Part shown: positions 24,893-32,370 of the stretch, piece after piece
How positions within the stretch are numbered: position 1 is the first letter of the stretch
Layout: each line of letters opens with the position of its first letter
Origin: a virus
Lineage: Duplodnaviria > Caudoviricetes
IMG/VR virus record: IMGVR_UViG_3300020365_000050
Span: 1-37,535 of that record
Direction: 5' to 3' (one strand)
DNA: 37,535 nucleotides
The notes under the pieces: model-generated
Databases searched by the model: none
The model's input: the letters and a program-made list of their open reading frames with translations, nothing else
What the model was told of the DNA's origin: nothing
Translations under genes and position numbers: made by a program

Positions 24893-27520
24893 TTAAACGT
24901 CAAACGGATTGCCATACGCATTAACAGCAGCTGCATATGTATTTGTTGATTTAGTCATATGGTGACGAATCTGCTGTTGACCTACTGCAATCCATTGTTT
25001 ACATCCAGGTCCAAGTACTTCGGACCCTCCTGTATATGTATATTGATAATCAACAGTTTGAGTTTGAACAGTAAAATCTGCAGGTTTACCAGGACCAACA
25101 CAATTAAGATGGGCACAACCGTCTTCTACAGGAGTGCAAGTAAGACTAATCGTAAAATAAACGTCTTGTCTTGGATCAGATCTATATTGCTTCATGTAAT
25201 ACTTGGTTCCTGTAGATGCTTGGGGCATATCTAAGAATCTACGTTGTGTTGTTGCAACACGTCTTTCATCGTAGGTGATACTATCTGGGACAAGAGACTG
25301 AATGATAATATCAAATTGCGTATTTTGTGTCTGATTATGAGCATCAAAGGCATCTCTTTGATTTTGTTTCCACTTTTCGTAGATTTGGGGATCTATATCA
25401 TTACCATTGGCATCAGGAAAAGGTCTGTCTAGAGGAGTTGTTTGATCTCTTGCTGTTTCAACTGATTCCCTTGAGTATTCCCTCTGAGGGAGCTCAATTC
25501 TTCTTGGAATGGAGGTATCTGCCTGCACTTCCGTATTGGGTATTGGATTAGTATGCTCTGATTTTTTTAATCCCTCTTCTCTAACTTCAATTGATTCGGC
25601 AAGACCCTGATTTGTTTTTCTAACTTCAAAAAATTCAGGAAAACCTCCATAATCTTGCCATCTATTGATAACATTTTTATAACTATCATCTTCAGGAAGA
25701 ACTCCATCGTATGATGTATATGTTTCCGTAGGATCGTATCCTCTAACCCAAATTTTAGGAGGATTTGCAATTACTTCCTGTGCTGTTGCCTCAAACTCTT
25801 CTTGAGTCTCGTATTCCTGCTCATCAACGTTATATACCGTCGTTGTAGACATATCATACCCAGATCCTTGCGAAAGAATCTCAATTCCAGTCAAAACTCC
25901 ACCACTAAAAGTGCCTTTTACCGCAGCGGCTTTGCCACTAGGGTTGTTTGGATCCGTAATTTGCAAATATGGGTCTTTTACAGTGTCCCAACCCCGCCCA
26001 CCATCGTTAATAGTGGCACCAGTAACCTGTCCATTTGACAAAGTTACGTCAATATCGGGTTGCTGGACCGCTTCCCATACATCTGCACCATTCAAATCAA
26101 CGTTGTGTGTGGTATATTGCACAGATTTATCAAAAAACTCGAAATAACCACCGTAAAATGCTCTATCAACGATGCCAAAACCCGCATGAGCAGTGACTAC
26201 ATGGTTTCTACTAGAGGTATATTGCGTGTCTTTGACGAAATCTGAGCCTGCTGCGTCCAAATATATGATCTGATAGGGAAAATTCTCCAAATCCGTGTGA
26301 AAAGCGCGGACAACCATGTGTCCATTAAGCGTATCACCAGGCAAAAGGACATCAAACTGCGCGGATCCACCCACTTGAGTGATAGGACCAATGCCAGACA
26401 CGACAAGATCGATAGTAAATGTGCTTGAATCACCGCTTGGATGAGTATGTACGTAAGATAACGTGTATGTGTCACCTACTGTATACCCTTGACCTGGCGT
26501 AATGATCTCCAAAAACTCCCATTGAGTGCCTACAATCACAGCAGGATCGTTTGTAGTGTCCAAAGCAGGAGAAATACGTACTTTTACTGCTAATCCACTT
26601 GAAGTTTGATCAATAAATTGTGCCCCTTCATAGATTTCAAAGGTTGTAAATGATTCTTCACCTGCCTGCCAAGGATTTTGTGAAGTTGTAACTGGTGTTT
26701 GTGATCCAGATCCTGATCTCCATGCAGCACTAGTGCCACCACTATAAGAAAAATCGAGATCTACAACACCATTTGGCACTGTAGTAGACAGTGCATCATA
26801 GGAAATAACTAATTTATTACTTGTTGTGCCAATACCAAACACCAGTGGATATGGACAATCTGGATCATCCGTCTCGTCTGGTCCATTATAGGTATATGTC
26901 AACGTTGTCCTTAGAGGAGTGCAACTAAAATTAGAGCATGGTGTGCATTCAGATTTTGATGATACAGGACCAGGACTATCGGGACTTGGTGAAAGACCAG
27001 TTCCAGGTGCTCTAGTTTCTCTTTCAGTCGCAATACTATAACAAGGAGTGCCTACAACTCCAGCATTATCACCAATATCATACAAATAACCAAACCAAGT
27101 GTCACTATCCATCGGTTGAAATGATAGTCCACTTGGAAAAAAGTCAAAAAGTGCTCCAACATCACCACATAGTGTTTTGGTAATTTTTCCACACTCTACA
27201 GCAGCATCTGGTGTGCCACCCATTGGAGAATTATAATCAACACCACCCTCATAAGGTGCTGGATAAGGACTCACAATTATAGCGTCATACATCACCTTAT
27301 CAACAGGTTGTTGATCAAGACCATTAGGTTGATCAATAGCGGGATAAATGGCAACATCAACTAATCTTGCTTGAGTTGCTAAACCAGGATCTCTAGTATC
27401 ACAATGACCATTAGAATTACGAGTGCCACCAAAACGTCCGAAATAAAATCCCTCACAAGGATCTCCATCGGTGTAACAACCATTTTGGCGTACGCCGTCA
27501 TTTTCATGTCTGCTAGCCAT
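24893..27520 (-). CDS. 875-aa putative virion/baseplate structural protein
   Basis: Long ORF in the late module with the same GSGY/G.GY repeat motifs as the giant protein (ITPGQGYTVGD, INDGGRGW, LSQGSGY); Cys-rich ends. Function not recognised. Confidence 0.65.
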   Translation of the reverse strand: MASRHENDGVRQNGCYTDGDPCEGFYFGRFGGTRNSNGHCDTRDPGLATQARLVDVAIYPAIDQPNGLDQQPVDKVMYDAIIVSPYPAPYEGGVDYNSPMGGTPDAAVECGKITKTLCGDVGALFDFFPSGLSFQPMDSDTWFGYLYDIGDNAGVVGTPCYSIATERETRAPGTGLSPSPDSPGPVSSKSECTPCSNFSCTPLRTTLTYTYNGPDETDDPDCPYPLVFGIGTTSNKLVISYDALSTTVPNGVVDLDFSYSGGTSAAWRSGSGSQTPVTTSQNPWQAGEESFTTFEIYEGAQFIDQTSSGLAVKVRISPALDTTNDPAVIVGTQWEFLEIITPGQGYTVGDTYTLSYVHTHPSGDSSTFTIDLVVSGIGPITQVGGSAQFDVLLPGDTLNGHMVVRAFHTDLENFPYQIIYLDAAGSDFVKDTQYTSSRNHVVTAHAGFGIVDRAFYGGYFEFFDKSVQYTTHNVDLNGADVWEAVQQPDIDVTLSNGQVTGATINDGGRGWDTVKDPYLQITDPNNPSGKAAAVKGTFSGGVLTGIEILSQGSGYDMSTTTVYNVDEQEYETQEEFEATAQEVIANPPKIWVRGYDPTETYTSYDGVLPEDDSYKNVINRWQDYGGFPEFFEVRKTNQGLAESIEVREEGLKKSEHTNPIPNTEVQADTSIPRRIELPQREYSRESVETARDQTTPLDRPFPDANGNDIDPQIYEKWKQNQRDAFDAHNQTQNTQFDIIIQSLVPDSITYDERRVATTQRRFLDMPQASTGTKYYMKQYRSDPRQDVYFTISLTCTPVEDGCAHLNCVGPGKPADFTVQTQTVDYQYTYTGGSEVLGPGCKQWIAVGQQQIRHHMTKSTNTYAAAVNAYGNPFDV

Positions 27521-27788
27521 CTTTCTTTAAACTCCTAAGCGTTGAGTAGATATAATCAAAGTTTTCCTTAATATTTAAGTAATCATCATGTCCGACAGGT
27601 TTGTATAGAATCTTATCGGGTGTTGGGATCTTTACAACATGCTCTTCTAATTCTTTGACCCTATCATTTAAATTGACTACACATTCATTAATCGCACCAA
27701 TTGCTTGATCAATATCTTTCATTGAATTAGAAATTGCAATGAAGTTATCATCAATCTCTTTGATAATTAAATTTTCTTCTTCAGTCAT
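27513..27788 (-). CDS. Hypothetical coiled-coil protein (91 aa)
   Basis: MTEEENLIIKEIDDNF...; heptad-like segment. The ATG at 27788 overlaps the upstream stop and is preferred over the 27842 start. Confidence 0.65.
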   Translation of the reverse strand: MTEEENLIIKEIDDNFIAISNSMKDIDQAIGAINECVVNLNDRVKELEEHVVKIPTPDKILYKPVGHDDYLNIKENFDYIYSTLRSLKKDG

Positions 27789-27930
27789 TCTCAGTATAAG
27801 TGATAACGAATTGCTTTGTTTCTTCACCACGACTGTTAACACATGTCTTATGGGTCAAAGTGCCATTAAGCATGTCACATACGTCTTCCAATTGTAGGTG
27901 AAGTTTAATTTCCTTTTCCTGTGGAGTCAT
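27781..27930 (-). CDS. Hypothetical protein (49 aa)
   Basis: Not in the track. MTPQEKEIKLHLQLEDVCDMLNGTLTHKTCVNSRGEETKQFVITYTEND* tiles between its neighbours. Confidence 0.55.
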   Translation of the reverse strand: MTPQEKEIKLHLQLEDVCDMLNGTLTHKTCVNSRGEETKQFVITYTEND

Positions 27931-27978
27931 CAGAGTAAACGCGGTGGAATGTGGTTTTCGCTGTGGACGCGCTGGAGT

Positions 27979-28146
27979 CTATTCTTCAACTTTACGCAGT
28001 GTCAAAGTGCCTGTGACATCATCTACGTCAAATTCTAATTCGTCTCCAACGATCCATCCAAGATCTTCACAGACTTCATCAGGAATCGGAAGAATGAGTT
28101 CTCCGAATTCGTCCTCTTCGATAGTGATTGTGAATCTCTTGGACAT
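27979..28146 (-). CDS. AbrB/MazE/SpoVT-like small DNA-binding protein (55 aa)
   Basis: Not in the track. MSKRFTITIEEDEFGELILPIPDEVCEDLGWIVGDELEFDVDDVTGTLTLRKVEE*; G.L.LPIP.E....LGW..GD.L is the swapped-hairpin pattern. Confidence 0.72.
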   Translation of the reverse strand: MSKRFTITIEEDEFGELILPIPDEVCEDLGWIVGDELEFDVDDVTGTLTLRKVEE

Positions 28147-28150
28147 AATT

Positions 28151-28369
28151 TTACAACCTATTATTAATTTGTGGATTATCTGACGGATGATCTACTTTCC
28201 AGTCCTTCCATGTTGCTAGGACATCATTAGCGTCCTTTGTCAGTCCAGCACTGGTGCAGTAGTCAGCACACTCATAAATTCGAGGGTCTAAAAATCCTTC
28301 GTGCCTCAGCATCACTTCCATACACCAAACACGGTCATCTTGACGATCTTGGCGAATTTTCCAATCCAT
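28151..28369 (-). CDS. Hypothetical protein (72 aa)
   Basis: MDWKIRQDRQDDRVWCME...; the track's extension to 28552 crosses hairpins and is unlikely to be coding. Confidence 0.65.
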   Translation of the reverse strand: MDWKIRQDRQDDRVWCMEVMLRHEGFLDPRIYECADYCTSAGLTKDANDVLATWKDWKVDHPSDNPQINNRL

Positions 28370-28501
28370 AGTGAAAAACCTCGGGGGCAGTAATTTTGCT
28401 GGGCGAATTTTTTTATATAGGCTGTAAAGAAACTCTCTTATAATATATCGGTCGTCTGGGTACCTTTGTAGGTTAGGGTAGTGGCCGATTTTAATATTTA
28501 A

Positions 28502-28523
28502 GGGGGCTAATTTAACTGCCCCC
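28502..28523. terminator. GC hairpin ending the early-gene block (possible terminator)
   Basis: GGGGGC-10 nt-GCCCCC, 25 nt past the stop of 28549..28872; only a weak U-tract. Confidence 0.5.
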
Positions 28524-28548
28524 AGTATAACTTTGATTGTCTCAGATG

Positions 28549-28872
28549 TCAAGCGAAGATGTAACCATTCTCGAAATCTCTCTCGACTCCGTTATCACTC
28601 AGATACCACTTAAAGTTGCGCTGATAGACACCATCGGTGGCAGCATTGCAAAACTCATTGATAATGGCATTGAGACGACTTTTGGTGGTAGTTGTTTGCC
28701 AACCGCCATCAAAGATTTCGAGAAAGTCTTCTCCAAGGACGGCAATCTTGTTACCGTGAAGACGAACAACTGAGGTGTTGTTTTCTTCGTTGAATGAAAC
28801 CGAAGTGTTGCCAGATTGCCAGGACTTGCTGTTAGCGAGAGCGGCATTCATCTGGGTTTCGATCTTACGCAT
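28549..28872 (-). CDS. Phage early hypothetical protein (107 aa)
   Basis: MRKIETQMNAAL...VRLHGNKIA...DGGWQTTTTKSRLNAII; lies downstream of a promoter cassette. Confidence 0.8.
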   Translation of the reverse strand: MRKIETQMNAALANSKSWQSGNTSVSFNEENNTSVVRLHGNKIAVLGEDFLEIFDGGWQTTTTKSRLNAIINEFCNAATDGVYQRNFKWYLSDNGVERDFENGYIFA

Positions 28873-28930
28873 TGAGAGGCGATTAGAGAGGGTTTAGAGT
28901 GTGTCGGGGGTGCTTCCCTTCCACTCCTAT

Positions 28931-28988
28931 AGAATACACGACTCAGGGGCATTTACCAGCATTTGTGGACACTTATCGTAGTGGCACA
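28931..28988 (-). promoter_or_regulatory. Early promoter cassette 1
   Basis: TGTGCCAC-N8-GTGTCCACA upstream element, weak -35, cgtgTATTCTata -10 region shared with cassettes 2 and 5. Confidence 0.7.
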
Positions 28989-28994
28989 GAACTA

Positions 28995-29192
28995 CTAGGC
29001 AACCATGCTTTTATCGTCTATAGTCATAAACCATCGAATCTGTTTGAGATAATCAAAGGGAGACATTCTAGGGGTCTTAGGATAACTTTCCCCCCGTCCC
29101 TCTCTAACACCATCGACAAACAATTCGAGGTCATAAATTGACTCAAACTCTCCGACCTTTTCTTTATCCTCATTGAAGATAATGTACTTCAT
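28995..29192 (-). CDS. Hypothetical protein (65 aa)
   Basis: MKYIIFNEDKEKVGEF...; start moved to 29192 because a consensus promoter lies at 29217-29245. Confidence 0.7.
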   Translation of the reverse strand: MKYIIFNEDKEKVGEFESIYDLELFVDGVREGRGESYPKTPRMSPFDYLKQIRWFMTIDDKSMVA

Positions 29193-29216
29193 GTGCTTAT
29201 CAACCCTGGCAGTGTT

Positions 29217-29245
29217 ATTATACATCATCTCCGAGGGATTGTCAA
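29217..29245 (-). promoter_or_regulatory. Perfect sigma70 consensus promoter
   Basis: TTGACA-17 bp-TATAAT on the minus strand, 25 nt upstream of the ATG at 29192. Confidence 0.9.
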
Positions 29246-29388
29246 GTGGTTTGTTACACATTCGGATTGCTTATCTGTGGGGGGTTGCGTATCGTTAGGA
29301 AACGTGCTAAGACTACAATTCTCGGACACATTTATCGAGAGATGAAACACTCACATACATTTATTTGCACATTTAATTATTTTCCGTG

Positions 29389-29432
29389 TTTTCCACAATT
29401 TGATACTTTTCTGTGGAAAAGGTTGTGGAAAA
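29389..29432. repeat. Cluster of three TTTTCCACA 9-mers (DnaA-box-like)
   Basis: TTTTCCACA at 29389-29397 (+); TGTGGAAAA at 29412-29420 and 29424-29432; AT-rich intergenic context. Confidence 0.7.
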
Positions 29433-29482
29433 GTATATTAACTGTTTCTCTGAGGGTGATAACAATGTAGGATAATTGCTCT

Positions 29483-29719
29483 TCAGTTGTTGTCGTATAC
29501 TTCAACTTCTTTCCAAGACTCACTGAAACAACAGAGGCAAACTTCTCGTTGATTATGCTTACTGAGGGGATCATCATTTGGTCGAGTTGAAATACAAATG
29601 CTGATGTATCTATCGGAAATGAATTTAATCACTCCCTCATGATCTTTCCACTTGACGTATTGTCCTACATGAAAAGTTGCTGGAGTGGATTCACTTTGGG
29701 AGGTGGCATTGCTGTCCAT
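29483..29719 (-). CDS. Hypothetical protein (78 aa, small beta-barrel-like)
   Basis: FHVGQYVKWKDHEGVIKFI..YISICI pattern; in the gene chain, overlapping the upstream ORF. Confidence 0.6.
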   Translation of the reverse strand: MDSNATSQSESTPATFHVGQYVKWKDHEGVIKFISDRYISICISTRPNDDPLSKHNQREVCLCCFSESWKEVEVYDNN

Positions 29720-29937
29720 TTGGTTGTTAGCGACGGGTCAATGATTGTGCCTGGTTTCTTGCTATTAATTGGTGAATGAATAGCGTTTGTTTTCTTACAA
29801 ATAAAACCCCATATTGTCCTTACTTCATCATTAGTGTAATTGTATTTGTTTGGGGGATGAATCAACCAAACTGCGTCAAACTTTTTGTTATGTTGTTGTC
29901 TTTGATAACGATGATTTGCTGGGGGATCGTGTATCAT
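29665..29937 (-). CDS. Hypothetical protein (90 aa)
   Basis: VRTIWGF..K....HSPINSKKPG...WTAM; co-oriented with its neighbours. Confidence 0.65.
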   Translation of the reverse strand: MIHDPPANHRYQRQQHNKKFDAVWLIHPPNKYNYTNDEVRTIWGFICKKTNAIHSPINSKKPGTIIDPSLTTKWTAMPPPKVNPLQQLFM

Positions 29938-30481
29938 GTTTGTAATAGTTGAAGTTAATAACGAAGCGATGATTGTCGGTTGCGGTTGTACCTGTATGAA
30001 AAATGCGGTTGTCGAATGTTAGTAACCGACCTGCCACTGATTCTACTTCATGCACACCATCTGGGCAACGTAAGAGAGTCTTACCGTTACAATCATTAAG
30101 ATAAAGAATTGACGTTAATCCTGGGGTGAGTTTTGTATCAACGTGGAAACCATATGGTTTGATGATGTTGTGCCTTGGGCAAAAGTTGATCTTTAATCGG
30201 TAGATTATCTCAGGATCAATTCTATCAACTAACGGTTGAAATTTCTCACTGCCTGGTGTCCTATTACCAAAGTTGTCTAGGACATGCACAAACTGCCAAT
30301 TATCTTCGTCGTGCTTATCATGATCCAACAACTCATAATCTACGGCACGAGTGTAATGCCAATCAAAACTTTGATCGGTGATAGTGTTACAAATGTCATT
30401 GCATGTTGCAGGACAAATGAAACCATCTTCGATCAGATAGTTGTAATTGATTGCGGTGTCATCGTGCCAGGTCTTTAACAT
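29888..30481 (-). CDS. 2OG-Fe(II) oxygenase superfamily protein
   Basis: GFHVD (HxD), TSILYLNDCNGKT, FDNRIFHTG (distal His), RFVINFNY (2OG-binding Arg). Confidence 0.8.
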   Translation of the reverse strand: MLKTWHDDTAINYNYLIEDGFICPATCNDICNTITDQSFDWHYTRAVDYELLDHDKHDEDNWQFVHVLDNFGNRTPGSEKFQPLVDRIDPEIIYRLKINFCPRHNIIKPYGFHVDTKLTPGLTSILYLNDCNGKTLLRCPDGVHEVESVAGRLLTFDNRIFHTGTTATDNHRFVINFNYYKHDTRSPSKSSLSKTTT

Positions 30482-30515
30482 TAACTGTTTACCCCTTAAT
30501 TATCATTATTTACGA

Positions 30516-30776
30516 TCAATCAAATGACCAAGCATCAGTTTTTGTTTCATCGTTTGTTTCACTTGCTTCGGGCAAAAGATCAATCAAAGTATCCTCACCA
30601 TACAAATCTACAACCTCTTCAGTGATATCGTCCCACGTCAACTTTTCATACTCTCGTGACAACAAATCATAGCAAATCTGCTCCATGGAAGTGATATCCA
30701 AACCATCAATAATGTGGTGGACGTAGTTCTCAACCAGATTAGCGAGATCTTCTTTGTTGGGAGATTGTTTGGTCAT
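30516..30776 (-). CDS. Acidic hypothetical protein
   Basis: MTKQSPNKEDLANLVENY...; tiles with its neighbours. Confidence 0.7.
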   Translation of the reverse strand: MTKQSPNKEDLANLVENYVHHIIDGLDITSMEQICYDLLSREYEKLTWDDITEEVVDLYGEDTLIDLLPEASETNDETKTDAWSFD

Positions 30777-30780
30777 GATT

Positions 30781-30969
30781 TTAGTCAAGAAGAGAAATGT
30801 CGTAAGAGGTGAAGTTTGGGTATTGTTTTTCTACCCATTTGGACAACTTTGTGTTTTGTGCTTTAATCCCCTTGTGTGTTTTTGGTCGCGTGGGCATATC
30901 TTTTAAGAAAGATAAATGTCCCTCGTCCGTTGTAACTTGAATCTGATAAGTTGCTGTCGTTGTTTTCAT
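30781..30969 (-). CDS. Hypothetical protein (62 aa)
   Basis: MKTTTATYQIQV...; ATGA overlap with the upstream stop. Confidence 0.7.
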   Translation of the reverse strand: MKTTTATYQIQVTTDEGHLSFLKDMPTRPKTHKGIKAQNTKLSKWVEKQYPNFTSYDISLLD

Positions 30970-31190
30970 GTCCAACCTGCGACTGCATCAGTCAAAATGT
31001 TACGGTAGTCAATAGATTTAATGCACCAACCTGTGCAAGCAGATATTTCATCTAAAAGATCTTCTTCATCGTGTGCTTCCCACACTTCACCGATTACATC
31101 ATCATACAATTCTTTCTTAGATTCTTCACTTGGTTCGCCATCAAAGGCATCAGTGAAATCAAATTCAATTTGTGTGATTTGGAATTGCAT
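30966..31190 (-). CDS. Acidic hypothetical protein (74 aa)
   Basis: MQFQITQIEFDF...ISACTGWCIKSIDY; in the gene chain. Confidence 0.7.
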   Translation of the reverse strand: MQFQITQIEFDFTDAFDGEPSEESKKELYDDVIGEVWEAHDEEDLLDEISACTGWCIKSIDYRNILTDAVAGWT

Positions 31191-31199
31191 TTTTCTGAA

Positions 31200-31334
31200 T
31201 CAATAGCGGATGTTTAGTTGTGCATCAGGGCGGATAACCTCAGCAGCATTGTTGAGTTGATCCGAGATGAAGAATCGAGCGTCGTTGCTATTGTAGAGCA
31301 ACACACCGATGATAGCAACCAAGAGGAATTTCAT
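31200..31334 (-). CDS. Small protein with an N-terminal hydrophobic anchor (44 aa)
   Basis: MKFLLVAIIGVLLYNSND...; alternative in-frame start at 31388. Confidence 0.6.
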   Translation of the reverse strand: MKFLLVAIIGVLLYNSNDARFFISDQLNNAAEVIRPDAQLNIRY

Positions 31335-31387
31335 GTGAATTGAAATAAGATTGTTGGGTGATCTTTTCTTGGAAAGTGATGCAAACA

Positions 31388-31576
31388 TCAGAAAGGGTTA
31401 CTCCAGGTTTCGTATTGTTTGAGAGTAATATCACCATTTTTGCAGAGCATATCGGTGTAATCACCAAATGCAATACGCTTGCGAATCTTATCAGTTTTGT
31501 AGGAAGGATTGGCGAGACATTCTACCTTCCAGAGGTAACGGAATTGATCGAGAACTTGTGCTTTGGTGTGACGCAT
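31388..31576 (-). CDS. Hypothetical protein (62 aa)
   Basis: MRHTKAQVLDQFRYLW...; first gene after promoter cassette 2. Confidence 0.75.
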   Translation of the reverse strand: MRHTKAQVLDQFRYLWKVECLANPSYKTDKIRKRIAFGDYTDMLCKNGDITLKQYETWSNPF

Positions 31577-31599
31577 GGTTGCTTTCCTTTGACTCTTAT

Positions 31600-31656
31600 A
31601 GAATACACGATTTTGACGCCCCTACAAGCGCCTGTGTGCCACTTTACCAACTGGTC
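31600..31656 (-). promoter_or_regulatory. Early promoter cassette 2
   Basis: GACCAGTTGGTAAAGTGGCACA element, TTGTAG-16-TATTCT, then ataagagtcaaag (identical in cassette 5). Confidence 0.75.
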
Positions 31657-31769
31657 TGACGCATCGTCCTCTCGTATTGTTTTCGCTCATAATAGGCGTC
31701 CAAATCATCGGGGGAAAGAATATCATCCCAATCACCTTCGTGATCATCAACGTGAGAGTATTTCTGCAC
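31644..31769 (-). CDS. Small acidic hypothetical protein (~41 aa, GTG start)
   Basis: (M)QKYSHVDDHEGDWDDILSPDDLDAYYERKQYERTMRQTSW*; start uncertain. Confidence 0.45.
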   Translation of the reverse strand: MQKYSHVDDHEGDWDDILSPDDLDAYYERKQYERTMRQTSW

Positions 31770-31905
31770 AATTTGATACGAAGTCGGGGTCAACTTGGCA
31801 GTATTTTTGGAGTTTAGCATCTTGGAGATTAGAGACAGTGTTGATAGCATTGAGACCGATGTTAGCACCGATGATGACAACAATAGCGGCAAGAATGAGA
31901 CGCAT
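31747..31905 (-). CDS. Small membrane-anchored protein (52 aa)
   Basis: Not in the track. MRLILAAIVVIIGANIGLNAINTVSNLQDAKLQKYCQVDPDFVSNCAEILSR*; starts 2 nt after the upstream stop. Confidence 0.6.
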   Translation of the reverse strand: MRLILAAIVVIIGANIGLNAINTVSNLQDAKLQKYCQVDPDFVSNCAEILSR

Positions 31906-31907
31906 GA

Positions 31908-32069
31908 TTACATTCCGTTGAGAAAATCGTGGAGTGCTTCTTCATACTCTTCGTATGTAGAATAGCGGTGCCGCATGTTAGCGGGAACCTCTTTCTTAGC
32001 AGGACGGCGACACTCTTGGACAGTGTAACCTTTGCTTTCGATGTAATCAGTGAGATAGTTGTTTTGCAT
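31908..32069 (-). CDS. Hypothetical protein (53 aa)
   Basis: MQNNYLTDYIESKGYTV...YSTYEEYEEALHDFLNGM. Confidence 0.65.
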   Translation of the reverse strand: MQNNYLTDYIESKGYTVQECRRPAKKEVPANMRHRYSTYEEYEEALHDFLNGM

Positions 32070-32080
32070 AATTCTTGTTA

Positions 32081-32284
32081 TCAGTTGTAGGCAGTTTCCC
32101 AGGTATCGTAAAACATATCCCATGCTTTATTGTCACAAACAAAGGAGGAAATGTCTGCCATTTCACACACCCAATCGTATGCCATATCACAATCGGCAGT
32201 GTTATCAAGGACAAAGGATTGAAGTCCTTGGATTGCACTGACGAAGGCAGAATCTTCGATCAGAGATTGAAACTGATTCTTCAT
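32081..32284 (-). CDS. Hypothetical protein (67 aa)
   Basis: MKNQFQSLIEDSAF...; start chosen downstream of promoter cassette 3 (32305 would be leaderless). Confidence 0.7.
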   Translation of the reverse strand: MKNQFQSLIEDSAFVSAIQGLQSFVLDNTADCDMAYDWVCEMADISSFVCDNKAWDMFYDTWETAYN

Positions 32285-32311
32285 GTCGGTTGCTTTGTTT
32301 TCCATACTGTA

Positions 32312-32370
32312 AGTATGGCACAGAATCCAGGGGATTACAAGCGACCCTGTGCCACCTTGTCAACTGGATC
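32312..32370 (-). promoter_or_regulatory. Early promoter cassette 3
   Basis: TCCAGTTGACAAGGTGGCACA element, TTGTAA-17-CATACT. Confidence 0.75.

Noticed and set aside
451-27520. Many short + strand and off-frame ORFs (60-120 aa) overlapping the structural genes
   Set aside because: They lie within or mostly within long, motif-rich minus-strand genes, show no recognisable motifs, and are expected shadow ORFs.
27931-27978. GC-rich 48-bp gap with three GTGG repeats and a weak G-U-rich stem
   Set aside because: Too short and too wobble-dependent to support a structure or binding-site call without conservation data.
27944-28183. 79-aa + strand ORF
   Set aside because: Ser-rich antisense shadow of the AbrB-like gene.
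28370-28552. N-terminal extension making 28151..28552 a 133-aa CDS
   Set aside because: It crosses hairpins and homopolymer runs; the ATG at 28369 is more plausible.
29246-29577. ORFs 29246..29470 (+) and 29377..29577 (-) covering the DnaA-box gap
   Set aside because: No clear RBS, atypical composition, and overlap with better-supported genes or regulatory motifs.
31358-31921. 187-aa + strand ORF
   Set aside because: Antisense to several small minus-strand genes and a promoter cassette, with no motifs.
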